DNA of 33,774 nt from an uncultured Spirochaetaceae bacterium (GCA_964345195.1 CAYFQV010000005.1:6243-40016); one strand, 5' to 3'; positions 1 to 8,672 are shown, counted from the first letter of the stretch. The notes: generated from the sequence alone by a model not told the origin. Made by a program: numbers and translations.

Positions 1-3000
1 AAGACGCTCTTCCAGACGATCGTGTTTACGAAGCCGGTCTCATCTTCCATGGTAATAAATACGGTACCCGAGGCCGTGGAAGGGCGTTGACGGCAGATCA
101 CAACGCCGGCATATGACACACGGCGGCCGTCCGCTGTTTCCGCAAGGCGCCGAGCGTCGGGCAGTCCGCGGGCTCTCAGCTGCTCCCGGTAGGCCTCCAG
201 AGGATGGCCCGCGGTGCTGTGACGACTGGTGCTGTAGTCCCAGTGGATACTCTCGCAGGCATGCAACTCGGGAAAGCGGGGAACGCCCTGGGCATCTTCA
301 AAGGTGTCGATATCTGCAACTAGATGCTGCCCCTCTTGCAGCGTGCCCACTTCGGAACGCGGATCGGCGGTCCGTCGTGCGCGCTTGCCCAAGACCTGCC
401 AGAGCGCCTCGCGGCGCTCGATGCCGAAGCCCCGAAGTGCGCCGGCCTGCGCGAGAGTTTCGAGGATATCGCTGTCGAGGTGGGCTATCCGGGTGAACTC
501 CCGCAATGCAGTGGTCTCGGCCTGCGAGGACCCCTGTGCGCCGACCCCGTCACCTCCAAGGCCCCGCCATGCCTCGCTGATTCGGTCTGCATCTCGCCGG
601 CTCAGGCCCTTTACGTAACGCAGGCCCATGCGCACGGCACAACCCGGCCGGCTATCCCCAACGTGCGCACCCTTCCGGTCATCCTTATCATGTCGGGCTT
701 CCAGAGTGCACTCCCACCCGCTGTAGCGAACGTCCACCGGCCGCACCTCGACGCCGTGCCGCTTTGCGTCCTCCACAATGGTCGATGGCGCATAGAAGCC
801 CATTGGCCAGGCGTTGAGCAAGGCGCAGGCAAAAACGTCCGGGTAGTGTTGCTTGATCCACGCAGTAGACCAGGCAATGAGCGCAAAACTCGCCGCGTGG
901 CTCTCGGGAAAGCCGTATTCACCGAAACCGCGGATTTGATCGAAAACGCGCTCGGCAAACTCCGCGGCGATCCCTTTGGCGGTCATGCGGGAGATCAACC
1001 GCTCCCGGTGTTTTTCAATACGCCCACTCTTGCGCCACGCCGCCATATCCCGACGCAGCTGGTCCGCCTCGCCGGGGCTGTAGTCCGCGGCGACCACGGC
1101 GAGCTTCATGACCTGCTCCTGAAAGAGGGGCACACCGAGCGTTTTTTCCAAAACAGGCCGGAGACTCTCGTGAGGATAGATCACCGGCTCCTCTCCGGCG
1201 CGCCGGGCGAGGTAGGGATGCACCATACCTCCGGTAATAGGACCGGGCCGCACAATGCTCACCTCAATGACCAGATCGTAGAAGCGCCGCGGCTGCAAGC
1301 GGGGCAGCATGGACATCTGCGCCCGGCTCTCGATTTGAAAAACGCCGACGGTGTCGGCCTTCGATATCATCCGGAAAACCGCCGGGTCATGGGCGGGGAT
1401 GGAGGCCATGCCGATCTGCTTGCCGTAATGCCGCCGAATAAGTCGAAAGGCAAGATCGAGGTGGGTAAGAGCACCCAGACCAAGAAGATCAACCTTGAAG
1501 AGGTTCATGTTTTCAACGTCGTACTTGTCCCATTGGATAACCGTTCGGTCCGGCATGCTTGCGTTCTCCACGGGCACGAGATGGGAGACCGGCCGGCCGC
1601 CGAGGAGGAAGCCGCCGGGATGGATTGATAGATGCCGTGGAAACTCAACTATCTCTTCAACCAGATCGATGAGCAGACCGACCCGGGGATTAGCGGTATC
1701 CAGTCCGGCTTCCGCCACGATTTCGGCTGTAGAAGAGCCGTTTCGAGCGGTGAGACGTGCACATCGATCCAGTGTCGTCTCCGGAAATCCCAGCACCTTG
1801 CCGACCTCCCGGATAGCCGACTTCCGGCGATAGCGGATGATATTCGCCACCATGGCGGCGTGGGATCGACCGTACTTCTCATACATGTGCTGTATGACCT
1901 CTTCCCGGCGGTCATGCTCAATATCGAGATCAATGTCCGGTGGCTCGGCCCGCTCCTTGGAGAGGAAGCGCTCGAAGAGTAGGTCCATGCGTACAGGGTC
2001 GACGGCGGTAATGCGGAGGCAGTAACAGACCGACGAGTTCGCCGCGGAGCCGCGACCCTGGCAGAGAATACCCTGCCGGCGGCAGTACTCAACGATCTCC
2101 CACATGGTAAGGAAGTAACCGGAGTAGTCGAGCTCATCAATAATGTCGAGCTCTTTTTCGAGCTGACGCGCAACATCCGCGGGAATCCGATCATCGTAGC
2201 GCCTCGCGGCGCCGTTCCAGGTGAGTCTCCTCAGCCACGCGGAACTTGTGTAGCCTTCCGGCAGGGATTCCGAGGGGTAGCGGTACTCGATTTCACTCAA
2301 AGAGAAGCGGCACTGCCGCGCGATCTCGCTTGTGCGGTCGAGTAGGGCGCGTACCCGCGGCGCAGCGGGATCCCCGCCGCCGGTGGGATTGCCGGCGGAG
2401 TCACCGCTTGAGTCAACGCTTGAGTTGCCGGCGGAGTCGCCGGACGTCCGAGGGGTCGCGGTGTGCGTTGTGTGCTCCGCGGGTGGGAGTGGATTTTCAA
2501 GGTAGCGCCGCCCTAACTCCTTGGGAGCGGCAAGGGCGAATCGATCGTTCGCCTTCAACAGCGTACCCGCCCCATCAAGTGTTGTATGGTTTCGAATACA
2601 TGTTAAAACATCTTGTAAAGGTTTTCGCGTCGCTTCATGGTAGAGTACTTCCGGTGCGGCGACGAGGGGGATGCTGTGCGTCGCGGCAAGGTGCCGCAGC
2701 GCATCCTCACGAGGCATGTCACGGTGGAGGTAATGCCGAGACAAACCAATGTAGAGTCGCCCGGGAAAAGCTGCGCTCAGCCGGGCTATCGGGGCATCCG
2801 TCGGAAGATATCGGCCGTTATCAACGAGGAGTGCAATGATTCCCGGAGAAAAGGTACAGAGCTCCTCCCAAGTCACCGAAGAGAAGCCCTTCGGATTACG
2901 CAAGCGTCCCCGGCTAATAAGCTGGCAGAGGTGGGTGTATCCGGCGTGATCCGCTGCAAGCAGAACTACCGAGGCGCTGCTGCGTGTCGGTGGCGGCTCC

Positions 3001-3224
3001 GCCGTGTCGCCGGGAGCTACGGTGATTTCGGCGCCGTGGATGACCTGCACGCCGTACTCGATACCGGCGAGGTGTGCTTCGACGGCGCCGTAAAGCCCGT
3101 CGCGGTCGGTTACCGCGATTGCCGAGAGACCGAGCTCGGCGGCACGGGCCACAAGCTCTTCAGGATGACTGGCACCCTCGGTGAAGGAGTAATTGCTTTT
3201 GCACCAGAGCGCGGCGTACGACAT
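1..3224 (-). CDS. dnaE2: Error-prone DNA polymerase III alpha subunit DnaE2 (ImuC); C-terminus lies beyond the left window edge
   Basis: Absent from the ORF track because it has no stop inside the window. My translation of the minus strand from ATG 3224-3222 stays open to nt 3. It reads MSYAALWCKSNYSFTEGASHPEELV (PHP domain), GYFLTMWEIVEYCRRQGILCQGRGSAANSSVCY, GVFQIESRAQMSMLPRLQP, VSIVRPGPI and GFGEYGFPESHAASFALIAW, and ends with VFITMEDETGFVNTIVWKSV. No other minus-strand track ORF uses this frame. The start lies 7 nt after the imuB stop. Confidence 0.9.
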   Translation of the reverse strand, partial: MSYAALWCKSNYSFTEGASHPEELVARAAELGLSAIAVTDRDGLYGAVEAHLAGIEYGVQVIHGAEITVAPGDTAEPPPTRSSASVVLLAADHAGYTHLCQLISRGRLRNPKGFSSVTWEELCTFSPGIIALLVDNGRYLPTDAPIARLSAAFPGRLYIGLSRHYLHRDMPREDALRHLAATHSIPLVAAPEVLYHEATRKPLQDVLTCIRNHTTLDGAGTLLKANDRFALAAPKELGRRYLENPLPPAEHTTHTATPRTSGDSAGNSSVDSSGDSAGNPTGGGDPAAPRVRALLDRTSEIARQCRFSLSEIEYRYPSESLPEGYTSSAWLRRLTWNGAARRYDDRIPADVARQLEKELDIIDELDYSGYFLTMWEIVEYCRRQGILCQGRGSAANSSVCYCLRITAVDPVRMDLLFERFLSKERAEPPDIDLDIEHDRREEVIQHMYEKYGRSHAAMVANIIRYRRKSAIREVGKVLGFPETTLDRCARLTARNGSSTAEIVAEAGLDTANPRVGLLIDLVEEIVEFPRHLSIHPGGFLLGGRPVSHLVPVENASMPDRTVIQWDKYDVENMNLFKVDLLGLGALTHLDLAFRLIRRHYGKQIGMASIPAHDPAVFRMISKADTVGVFQIESRAQMSMLPRLQPRRFYDLVIEVSIVRPGPITGGMVHPYLARRAGEEPVIYPHESLRPVLEKTLGVPLFQEQVMKLAVVAADYSPGEADQLRRDMAAWRKSGRIEKHRERLISRMTAKGIAAEFAERVFDQIRGFGEYGFPESHAASFALIAWSTAWIKQHYPDVFACALLNAWPMGFYAPSTIVEDAKRHGVEVRPVDVRYSGWECTLEARHDKDDRKGAHVGDSRPGCAVRMGLRYVKGLSRRDADRISEAWRGLGGDGVGAQGSSQAETTALREFTRIAHLDSDILETLAQAGALRGFGIERREALWQVLGKRARRTADPRSEVGTLQEGQHLVADIDTFEDAQGVPRFPELHACESIHWDYSTSRHSTAGHPLEAYREQLRARGLPDARRLAETADGRRVSYAGVVICRQRPSTASGTVFITMEDETGFVNTIVWKSV
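2389..2438. repeat. Composite short direct repeats inside dnaE2
   Basis: TTGCCGGCGGAGTC occurs at 2389-2402 and again at 2425-2438. CGCTTGAGT occurs at 2405-2413 and again at 2417-2425. On the coding (minus) strand this encodes ...TSGDSAGNSSVDSSGDSAGNPTGGGD..., a low-complexity insert after the PHP domain. Confidence 0.6.
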
Positions 3225-3231
3225 GTCGGCC

Positions 3232-4767
3232 TTATTCGACGTAGCCCTGGATTAACCAGCTGCGCGCGGCCGCATCATAATAGATCCACAAAAGATCACC
3301 GTTGCCTTCGGCATAGTAGTAGGCCCGTGGGTGCTGCGCAGAGGCGCCGAGGCGCCACCACCCTTCACTGAGAATGTAGGGCCCCCCGCGCAACCTCGGA
3401 GAGGAGCTAAGGGGAGTAGGTTTTGCAAATATGCGGCGAACCAGCTTGAGCCGCGGCTGTTCCCCCGAGGCTGCATGTGTCCGCGGCAATGCTCCGCGCC
3501 GCATGCCCGCGGGTAGCCGCACACCCGAGCACCGATTCCAGGAGTAGCGATATTCCGGCAGATGAGCATCCACCGGTTCCGCGACACGGACGGCATTCTC
3601 TCCAAGCTCAGCCCGCAGGAGGGAAAGGGCTCGAGAACCCGCTTCAATGTTGCGGGATTGCTGCAGGTTGAACAGCTCTCCCGGCTCGAGATCCAGCGCA
3701 ACCCAATCAGGTTCGACACTCACGGCACCAACAGCCGCGGTGAGCACGAGCGTCTCGATACGCAGTGAAACCAGACGCATGAGCAGCTCGGCATCTTGCG
3801 TCGGTTTTGCCGGCCGAACTTCGGTTTTCACGCGATTGGCGGCCGTAGCTTCTTGGGCCGATAATTCGAGCTCAAGGGTGATGTACACACAGCGCACCGC
3901 CCACACGTTTCGAACAACGAGCTCCACCACTGCGACAAGGAGTTGCCGAATGGCCTCGGTCAGCCGTCCACGATCGAATAGAGGGGGCTGCAGCCGCCTC
4001 TCAAAGTGGAGATCCGGTACCTCCGGTGCGGCTTGAAGGGGCACGGTATCCGCCTCCGTGGCGAATCGGTGGACGGCATACGCCTGTTCACCGAGCTTCC
4101 GGCGCAACTGATTCCCGCCGAGCTCACGAAAGCGGCCTATGGAAGAGACGCCGAGCGCCTGCAAACGTGCATAGCTCTGTTCGTCGAGGGGGAGAAGATC
4201 AATGGAAGCCTGTGCAAGCGCGCGCTCCTCCTGAGCAGGTCTGGAGAAGATGCGGATGCCGCGTGAAAGCTTGGCGCCAATGGAGGTGCCGAAACGGCTG
4301 TATCCAACGGCCGCCGTCGCAAAGAAACCGAGAGCTTGTAGTGATCGCCGAACCTCTCGAATCCACTGTTTGGGGTCGGGAAAGAGGCGGTGCATTCCTC
4401 GGTACCGAATCCAGAAGAGCTGAGTATCTAAGGAGGAGCTTTCGACATCCGAGCTGAAGTGTTGCAGCGCTTCAATGACGGCGGCAACGCCTTCCTGCTG
4501 CTGCTTCGGTGAGACGGTTCCCGCCTGCACATTCGAGACGATCGACAGTGCCGTCGCGTAGCGCATCCGGCGCCGTATACCGTGACGCGCCGCCATGCTG
4601 TTTACTGCGATTACCAAGCCCATGGGTTTGTCGGCGTCGACGACAACTGCCGGTACATGCCGCCACTCCGGGTGATCGCGCAGCAGGATCTGCAATGTGA
4701 ACGAGGGAATATCAACGCAAGCCAGCCAGGCTTCGGTAGACTGCCCTATGTGTCCATCCAGGCCCAT
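3232..4767 (-). CDS. imuB: ImuB, Y-family-polymerase-like accessory subunit of the ImuA-ImuB-DnaE2 mutasome
   Basis: Track ORF of 511 aa. The N-terminus WLACVDIPSFTLQILLR resembles the Y-family motif I region. The position where active Y-family enzymes carry the S-I-D-E acidic pair reads VESSSLDTQLFWI, consistent with a non-catalytic ImuB. It lies between imuA and dnaE2 and overlaps the imuA 3' end by 56 nt. Confidence 0.8.
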   Translation of the reverse strand: MGLDGHIGQSTEAWLACVDIPSFTLQILLRDHPEWRHVPAVVVDADKPMGLVIAVNSMAARHGIRRRMRYATALSIVSNVQAGTVSPKQQQEGVAAVIEALQHFSSDVESSSLDTQLFWIRYRGMHRLFPDPKQWIREVRRSLQALGFFATAAVGYSRFGTSIGAKLSRGIRIFSRPAQEERALAQASIDLLPLDEQSYARLQALGVSSIGRFRELGGNQLRRKLGEQAYAVHRFATEADTVPLQAAPEVPDLHFERRLQPPLFDRGRLTEAIRQLLVAVVELVVRNVWAVRCVYITLELELSAQEATAANRVKTEVRPAKPTQDAELLMRLVSLRIETLVLTAAVGAVSVEPDWVALDLEPGELFNLQQSRNIEAGSRALSLLRAELGENAVRVAEPVDAHLPEYRYSWNRCSGVRLPAGMRRGALPRTHAASGEQPRLKLVRRIFAKPTPLSSSPRLRGGPYILSEGWWRLGASAQHPRAYYYAEGNGDLLWIYYDAAARSWLIQGYVE

Positions 4768-5329
4768 GCCGCTTATCCTTTGTTGCCCGAGCTTCGTAGA
4801 GAATGTCTTCTTGCTCGGAGACTACTCGCCGCGGCTCGACGCGGAGAGAGACCAGAGAGCCGAGAGGCTGCGCACCTTCTATCTCAGCAGTAAGGCACAG
4901 CACTGCCGCCTGATAGTGTTGAGCCAGGCGTACCACGCGACCCTGATACGCCGCCGAAACATTATCTTCTTCCTTCCTATCGATGATAATGAGACCGAAG
5001 GCGCCTGAGCGCAGCAGCAGCTCCGCGCTTCGAAATGCGTACTCTCCGGAGCCGGCGAACACGACAGGTAGCGCCGCAAGGTCAATACTGTTATCCGCAA
5101 GATCGGGAGGATAAAAGGTGTCTCTATGCGTGAAAATCCATGCAGCGGGCTCGCCCTTTTCTTGGGCCTCTCGAATGAGCGCTGCAACAAGTGAGAGATC
5201 TCCCTGCCGTCCCAGGATTTCGGTGAGCCGTCCCGACAGATGCGCAAGGCTCCAGGGCACATCCATTTCTGCAGATGTGAGCTCGTACAGCCGGGATGCC
5301 GGAACTACTGGAAGAGTCGACAACTCCAC
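4712..5329 (-). CDS. imuA: ImuA, RecA/SulA-fold SOS mutagenesis protein
   Basis: Track ORF of 205 aa with a GTG start at 5329. GGAGG (5340-5336 on the minus strand) lies 6 nt upstream. GRLTEILG...AAWIFT...FYPPDLADNSIDLAALPVV...AELLLRSGAFGLIIID matches the usual ImuA layout. It is the first gene of the cassette. Confidence 0.75.
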   Translation of the reverse strand: MELSTLPVVPASRLYELTSAEMDVPWSLAHLSGRLTEILGRQGDLSLVAALIREAQEKGEPAAWIFTHRDTFYPPDLADNSIDLAALPVVFAGSGEYAFRSAELLLRSGAFGLIIIDRKEEDNVSAAYQGRVVRLAQHYQAAVLCLTAEIEGAQPLGSLVSLRVEPRRVVSEQEDILYEARATKDKRHGPGWTHRAVYRSLAGLR

Positions 5330-5347
5330 GTGTAACCTCCGACGCGG

Positions 5348-5376
5348 ATAATACTACACACTTGTATAGTAATCAA
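5348..5376 (-). promoter_or_regulatory. Candidate sigma70-type imuA promoter with an embedded 20-bp palindromic operator (candidate LexA/SOS box)
   Basis: The minus strand reads TTGATT (5376-5371), a 17-nt spacer, then TATTAT (5353-5348). The GTG start is 18 nt further downstream. The plus strand at 5352-5371 is TACTACACA-CT-TGTATAGTA, two 9-nt arms with one mismatch. It covers the whole spacer and touches both hexamers. Confidence 0.45.
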
Positions 5377-5396
5377 GGCGGCAACGGGCGCTATGA

Positions 5397-5743
5397 GTAA
5401 TCATTGGAGAGGCAGGCTGGTACGATTTTCCATTCGGAGATCCCGGCTACAGCGTAGGTGACTTCGAAGCTATGGAGATCAACGGTCGGGTCCGGCAGGA
5501 CCGTACGTATACCCCGAAGATAGGGGCAGCAAAGAGGTACACGCCGTATTTCGTGATCACTTACGCCGTAGGCTCGAGGAAGCCCGAGGCCGCGATCCCG
5601 CCCCGGCGATCGTCATGGCGACGCATTTTGCACCTCATGTCGACTTCACTGCGCCCTTCAAACCGGAAATATGGGGCTATCTCAACGCCTTTCTCGGCAG
5701 CGCCTACTATGGGTCACCGGCTCGGGAGTTCGCTGTCTCCTAG
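5397..5743 (+). pseudogene. Frame-broken, doubly truncated remnant of a metallophosphoesterase-like gene
   Basis: One frame (open from 5397) reads IIGEAGWYDFPFGDPGYSVGDFEAMEINGRV. The -1 frame (open 5462-5743) reads VYPEDRGSKEVHAVFRDHLRRRLEEARGRDPAPAIVMATHFAPHVDFTAPFKPEIWGYLNAFLGSAYYGSPAREFAVS*. Together these resemble the WTDF..GDP / ..PED.. / VVxTHHAP / LNAxF segment of calcineurin-like phosphoesterases. There is no N-terminal DxH/GDxxD/GNHE part, no C-terminal GHxH part and no usable start. The track ORF 5472-5750 covers only part of it, and its tail is R/S/P-rich off-frame text. Confidence 0.4.
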
Positions 5744-5752
5744 GCCGTAAAC

Positions 5753-6796
5753 CTAACGGCGCGGATTAAAGCCTGAGATCTCGGCGAGCTTCTCGAAAAG
5801 CTCCCGTTCTTCCGTGCCGGGCGATGAGGGTACCATGATCGTTGCCACTGCGTAGAGATCGCCGCGCTCATCTTTGTTACGGCGCAGTCCTTTGCCGCGC
5901 AGACGGAAGCGTTTTCCGCTTTGCGTACCCGGCGGGACCGTAATGTTCGCACTGCCCTCGACGATCGGAACTTCCACCTTAGCCCCGAGTACAGCCTCCC
6001 ACGGCGTAATGGGAGCATCTACTTCGATGTCCACACCCTTGACGCGAAAGCGCGGGTGGTTCTGCAGCCTAATCGTCAGGTAAAGATCTCCCGCCGCAGC
6101 GCCCGGAGATACCGAGCCCCCCTGGCCGGCGAGGCGCAGTTTCTTGCCGTCGGTGGTGCCCGGCGGAATAGTAACCTCAATGTTCTTCCGGCTCGGAACG
6201 GGCGATCCGGGCTCCTGTTGCTGGATCGTAATGGTCTTCCGGCCCCCGTTATAGGCGTCTTCGAGAGAAATGGAGACTTCCGCCTCAACGTCTTGGCCGC
6301 CGACCCGACCCTCCGACGAGCGGGTTCCCGCAGCGCCGCCGGCGCTCGAACCCTGCCCCCCAGTGAACGCACCGCCGAAGAGCGTTTCGAAGAATTCGCT
6401 GAACGGTGAGCCGCCTCCTTGCCGATTACCGCTACCACCACCGCCGAAAACGTCAAAATCTTTGAATATGTCGCCGAAGCCGCCGAAGCCACCGGTTCCC
6501 CCGAAACCTCCGGTGCCCCCGGATGAGCCACCGCCGAAGCCGAAGTCTTCCCAGTTGAACTCCTGGCCGCCTTGCCAGTTGTGCCCGAGGGAGTCGTACT
6601 TGCGCCGCTTCTCCGGGTCCTTGAGCACTTCGTACGCCTCATTGATCTCCTTGAACTTCTGCTCGGCTTCCTGCGTCTTATTCACATCCGGGTGATACTT
6701 CCGCGCGAGCTTCCGATATGCGTTATGGATGTCTTGTTGCGATGCTTTGCGATCAACCCCGAGGGTCTCATAGTAATCTTGATACTTTACTGCCAT
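5753..6796 (-). CDS. cbpA: J-domain co-chaperone, type II (CbpA/DnaJB-like; no zinc-finger domain)
   Basis: [34 protein letters not shown] is a J domain with the HPD motif. It is followed by a long G/F-rich linker ([16 protein letters not shown]) and DnaJ C-terminal beta domains. No CxxCxGxG repeats are present. Confidence 0.85.
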   Translation of the reverse strand: MAVKYQDYYETLGVDRKASQQDIHNAYRKLARKYHPDVNKTQEAEQKFKEINEAYEVLKDPEKRRKYDSLGHNWQGGQEFNWEDFGFGGGSSGGTGGFGGTGGFGGFGDIFKDFDVFGGGGSGNRQGGGSPFSEFFETLFGGAFTGGQGSSAGGAAGTRSSEGRVGGQDVEAEVSISLEDAYNGGRKTITIQQQEPGSPVPSRKNIEVTIPPGTTDGKKLRLAGQGGSVSPGAAAGDLYLTIRLQNHPRFRVKGVDIEVDAPITPWEAVLGAKVEVPIVEGSANITVPPGTQSGKRFRLRGKGLRRNKDERGDLYAVATIMVPSSPGTEERELFEKLAEISGFNPRR

Positions 6797-6956
6797 AGTT
6801 GGGAACTCTCTTGTTTCTCACGTGCGTATGCGTGGTTGTCCGTGTTGGGTGTTTACGTTTCCTCTATGATAATACCGAGAACTCGATCCGAAAACCAAGC
6901 TTACGCCGCCGTGCTTAGTTGCAAGCTCCAGGATTGTATACTACTCTAAAGCGACT

Positions 6957-8666
6957 ATGGCGACACAAGACCGCGTCGGTCGTAGCCCGGAAGGATTGCG
7001 ACAACGCACCATTGCGGTGGGTTCCGGCAAGGGAGGGGTCGGAAAGTCCACAACGGCGGTCAATCTGGCGCTGTACTACGCTCGCCTGGGACACCGCGTC
7101 GGTCTATTTGACCTGGATCCCCTCTCAAACATTGCCACGATACTCGACATTGACGACCGGCGTTTGGCCGCTGTGAAGCGTGACATGCCCGACGCCACGT
7201 CCTCGCTCGACGAGTACGTGATGCCGGTAACGGATACCTTGGAGCTGGTGTTTCCCCATCCGAAGCTCGAAGCGAGCCACCGACGGAAGCTCCAGGAGGG
7301 CTTCATCGCGCGTCTCCTGCCGCAGGCAGGAGACCGCTACGATGAGCTCATTCTGGACATGCCTGCCGGGATCAATACGGAGGAGAACCTCGGCTTTCTT
7401 CCGCACGTGGGCCATCTTCTGGTGGTCGTCCAGCCCGAGCCGACCTCCCATGTATCCGCGGGGGGCTACGTGAAGGCCGCGAAGGAGATCGCGCCGGAGC
7501 TGAGCATTCACATCTGGCACAACCGATACTCCCGCGAGATCGGCGCAAACTTCGACCCGAGAGATGTGATCGGCAACTACAACCGCTACGTTGAGCCGGA
7601 TCTCCAGGTTGATAGCCGCACGGCTTCGACGATCGACCAGATCGCCTTCGTTCCGAAGGATCCGGCTCTCGACCTTCTGGCGGGTAACGGTTCGCTGGTA
7701 CTCGCGGCACAACACCAAACGCTGGGAGTTGTGCAGTACCTTCAAGATCTCCTGATTCCGGCGGTCCCGGCGTCCCTCGGTGTGGGAGAGAACACCTCCC
7801 GAATTATCCGCGGATACATTGAGAACAGCCCTCGAATAGAGGATGTGGATGCATATCGCAGCCAGGTGTTGGAATACCTAGTAACGCTGGTCTCGCTTCG
7901 GGTAAGCGACCACCGGCTGAAGGATCTGTCGAACCAGGCGGCCGTCATGACCGACGAGCAGCAGTCCGAGCTCCGGCGCTACCTGCAGACCATTGCGGAG
8001 GATCCCTTACGCAATGCAGTTCTCGACGTAATCGACGTGATCAACCTGGCTATCGAAGATGTTGCTGAGCAAACGGGGCTTTTCGCCGCACCCGGCGGCC
8101 GAGACTGGAACGCCGAGATCGACGCCAAGGTTAGGCGTCTGTTGAGCATTGCGTCGCAAAGCGCGAAAGCGCGAAGTGCCGCGCTTCAGCAAGGCTTCGC
8201 CGTATTGCTCTTCAACCTTGCCATGCACAAGCTTCTCAATTCCGAGAAGGTTCAGGCACTCATTTACAGCTTCATACCCACGCGTAACGCGGGAACGGGG
8301 ACCAAGGCGCGGGACCGGCGACGCCAGATCCGGGCCCTCGTCCAGCAAGACAGCGACTACCACCGGCGCTTTTATCAGCTGGTGAAATCCATGTTTCCCC
8401 TCGTCACGCGTCAGGTCGGGGAGCTGTCTCGATTGACGGGCTATGAGCGCTTTCTACTCCGGGACGAGCAGAACCGGCCGCATCGTGAGGCGTACGTGAA
8501 GCTTCTAACCAGATTCGCGCATAATAGCTTAAACGCCGGTCTCGGCATTCTGGTTGGGCTCACCCACTCACCGGCAACCAGAGCGATGTCCGACGGAGCA
8601 CGCGTTTTGTTGACGCGTCTCGAAAAAGAGCACGCCGGCACCGGTATCGCCGCGGGAGGGGAATGA
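6957..8666 (+). CDS. ParA/MinD-family P-loop ATPase fused to a roughly 300-aa unassigned alpha-helical C-terminal region
   Basis: A deviant Walker A with the signature lysine (IAVGSGKGGVGKSTTAVNLA) and a Walker B (ELILDMPAG) lie within about the first 250 aa. I found no recognisable motif in the remaining part. There is no SD before the ATG at 6957. A TATACT hexamer lies at 6937-6942. Confidence 0.8.
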   Translation: MATQDRVGRSPEGLRQRTIAVGSGKGGVGKSTTAVNLALYYARLGHRVGLFDLDPLSNIATILDIDDRRLAAVKRDMPDATSSLDEYVMPVTDTLELVFPHPKLEASHRRKLQEGFIARLLPQAGDRYDELILDMPAGINTEENLGFLPHVGHLLVVVQPEPTSHVSAGGYVKAAKEIAPELSIHIWHNRYSREIGANFDPRDVIGNYNRYVEPDLQVDSRTASTIDQIAFVPKDPALDLLAGNGSLVLAAQHQTLGVVQYLQDLLIPAVPASLGVGENTSRIIRGYIENSPRIEDVDAYRSQVLEYLVTLVSLRVSDHRLKDLSNQAAVMTDEQQSELRRYLQTIAEDPLRNAVLDVIDVINLAIEDVAEQTGLFAAPGGRDWNAEIDAKVRRLLSIASQSAKARSAALQQGFAVLLFNLAMHKLLNSEKVQALIYSFIPTRNAGTGTKARDRRRQIRALVQQDSDYHRRFYQLVKSMFPLVTRQVGELSRLTGYERFLLRDEQNRPHREAYVKLLTRFAHNSLNAGLGILVGLTHSPATRAMSDGARVLLTRLEKEHAGTGIAAGGE

Positions 8667-8672
8667 TAGCGG

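Noticed and set aside
324-1628. A 434-aa plus-strand ORF, the longest track ORF at the left end.
   Set aside because: It lies antisense to the hand-translated dnaE2 frame, which carries unambiguous Pol III alpha motifs. Its product is R/P/A/G-rich text typical of shadow ORFs in GC-rich DNA.
5472-5750. The 92-aa track ORF as a stand-alone gene.
   Set aside because: Only its first third looks protein-like, and the rest is R/S/P-rich. The adjacent -1 frame carries the more convincing text. It is better explained as part of a frame-broken phosphoesterase remnant.
6380-6560. Repetitive GGN/TTY-rich DNA that could be mistaken for a tandem repeat element.
   Set aside because: It encodes the glycine/phenylalanine-rich linker of the J-protein ([16 protein letters not shown]) in frame. 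This is compositional repetition within a CDS.
6934-6943. TTGTATACTA upstream of the ParA-like gene as a second (half-site) copy of the imuA operator, which would place that operon in the SOS regulon.
   Set aside because: Only one arm is present, with no inverted partner at the right spacing. The match coincides with a -10-like TATACT hexamer, so promoter similarity is the simpler explanation.
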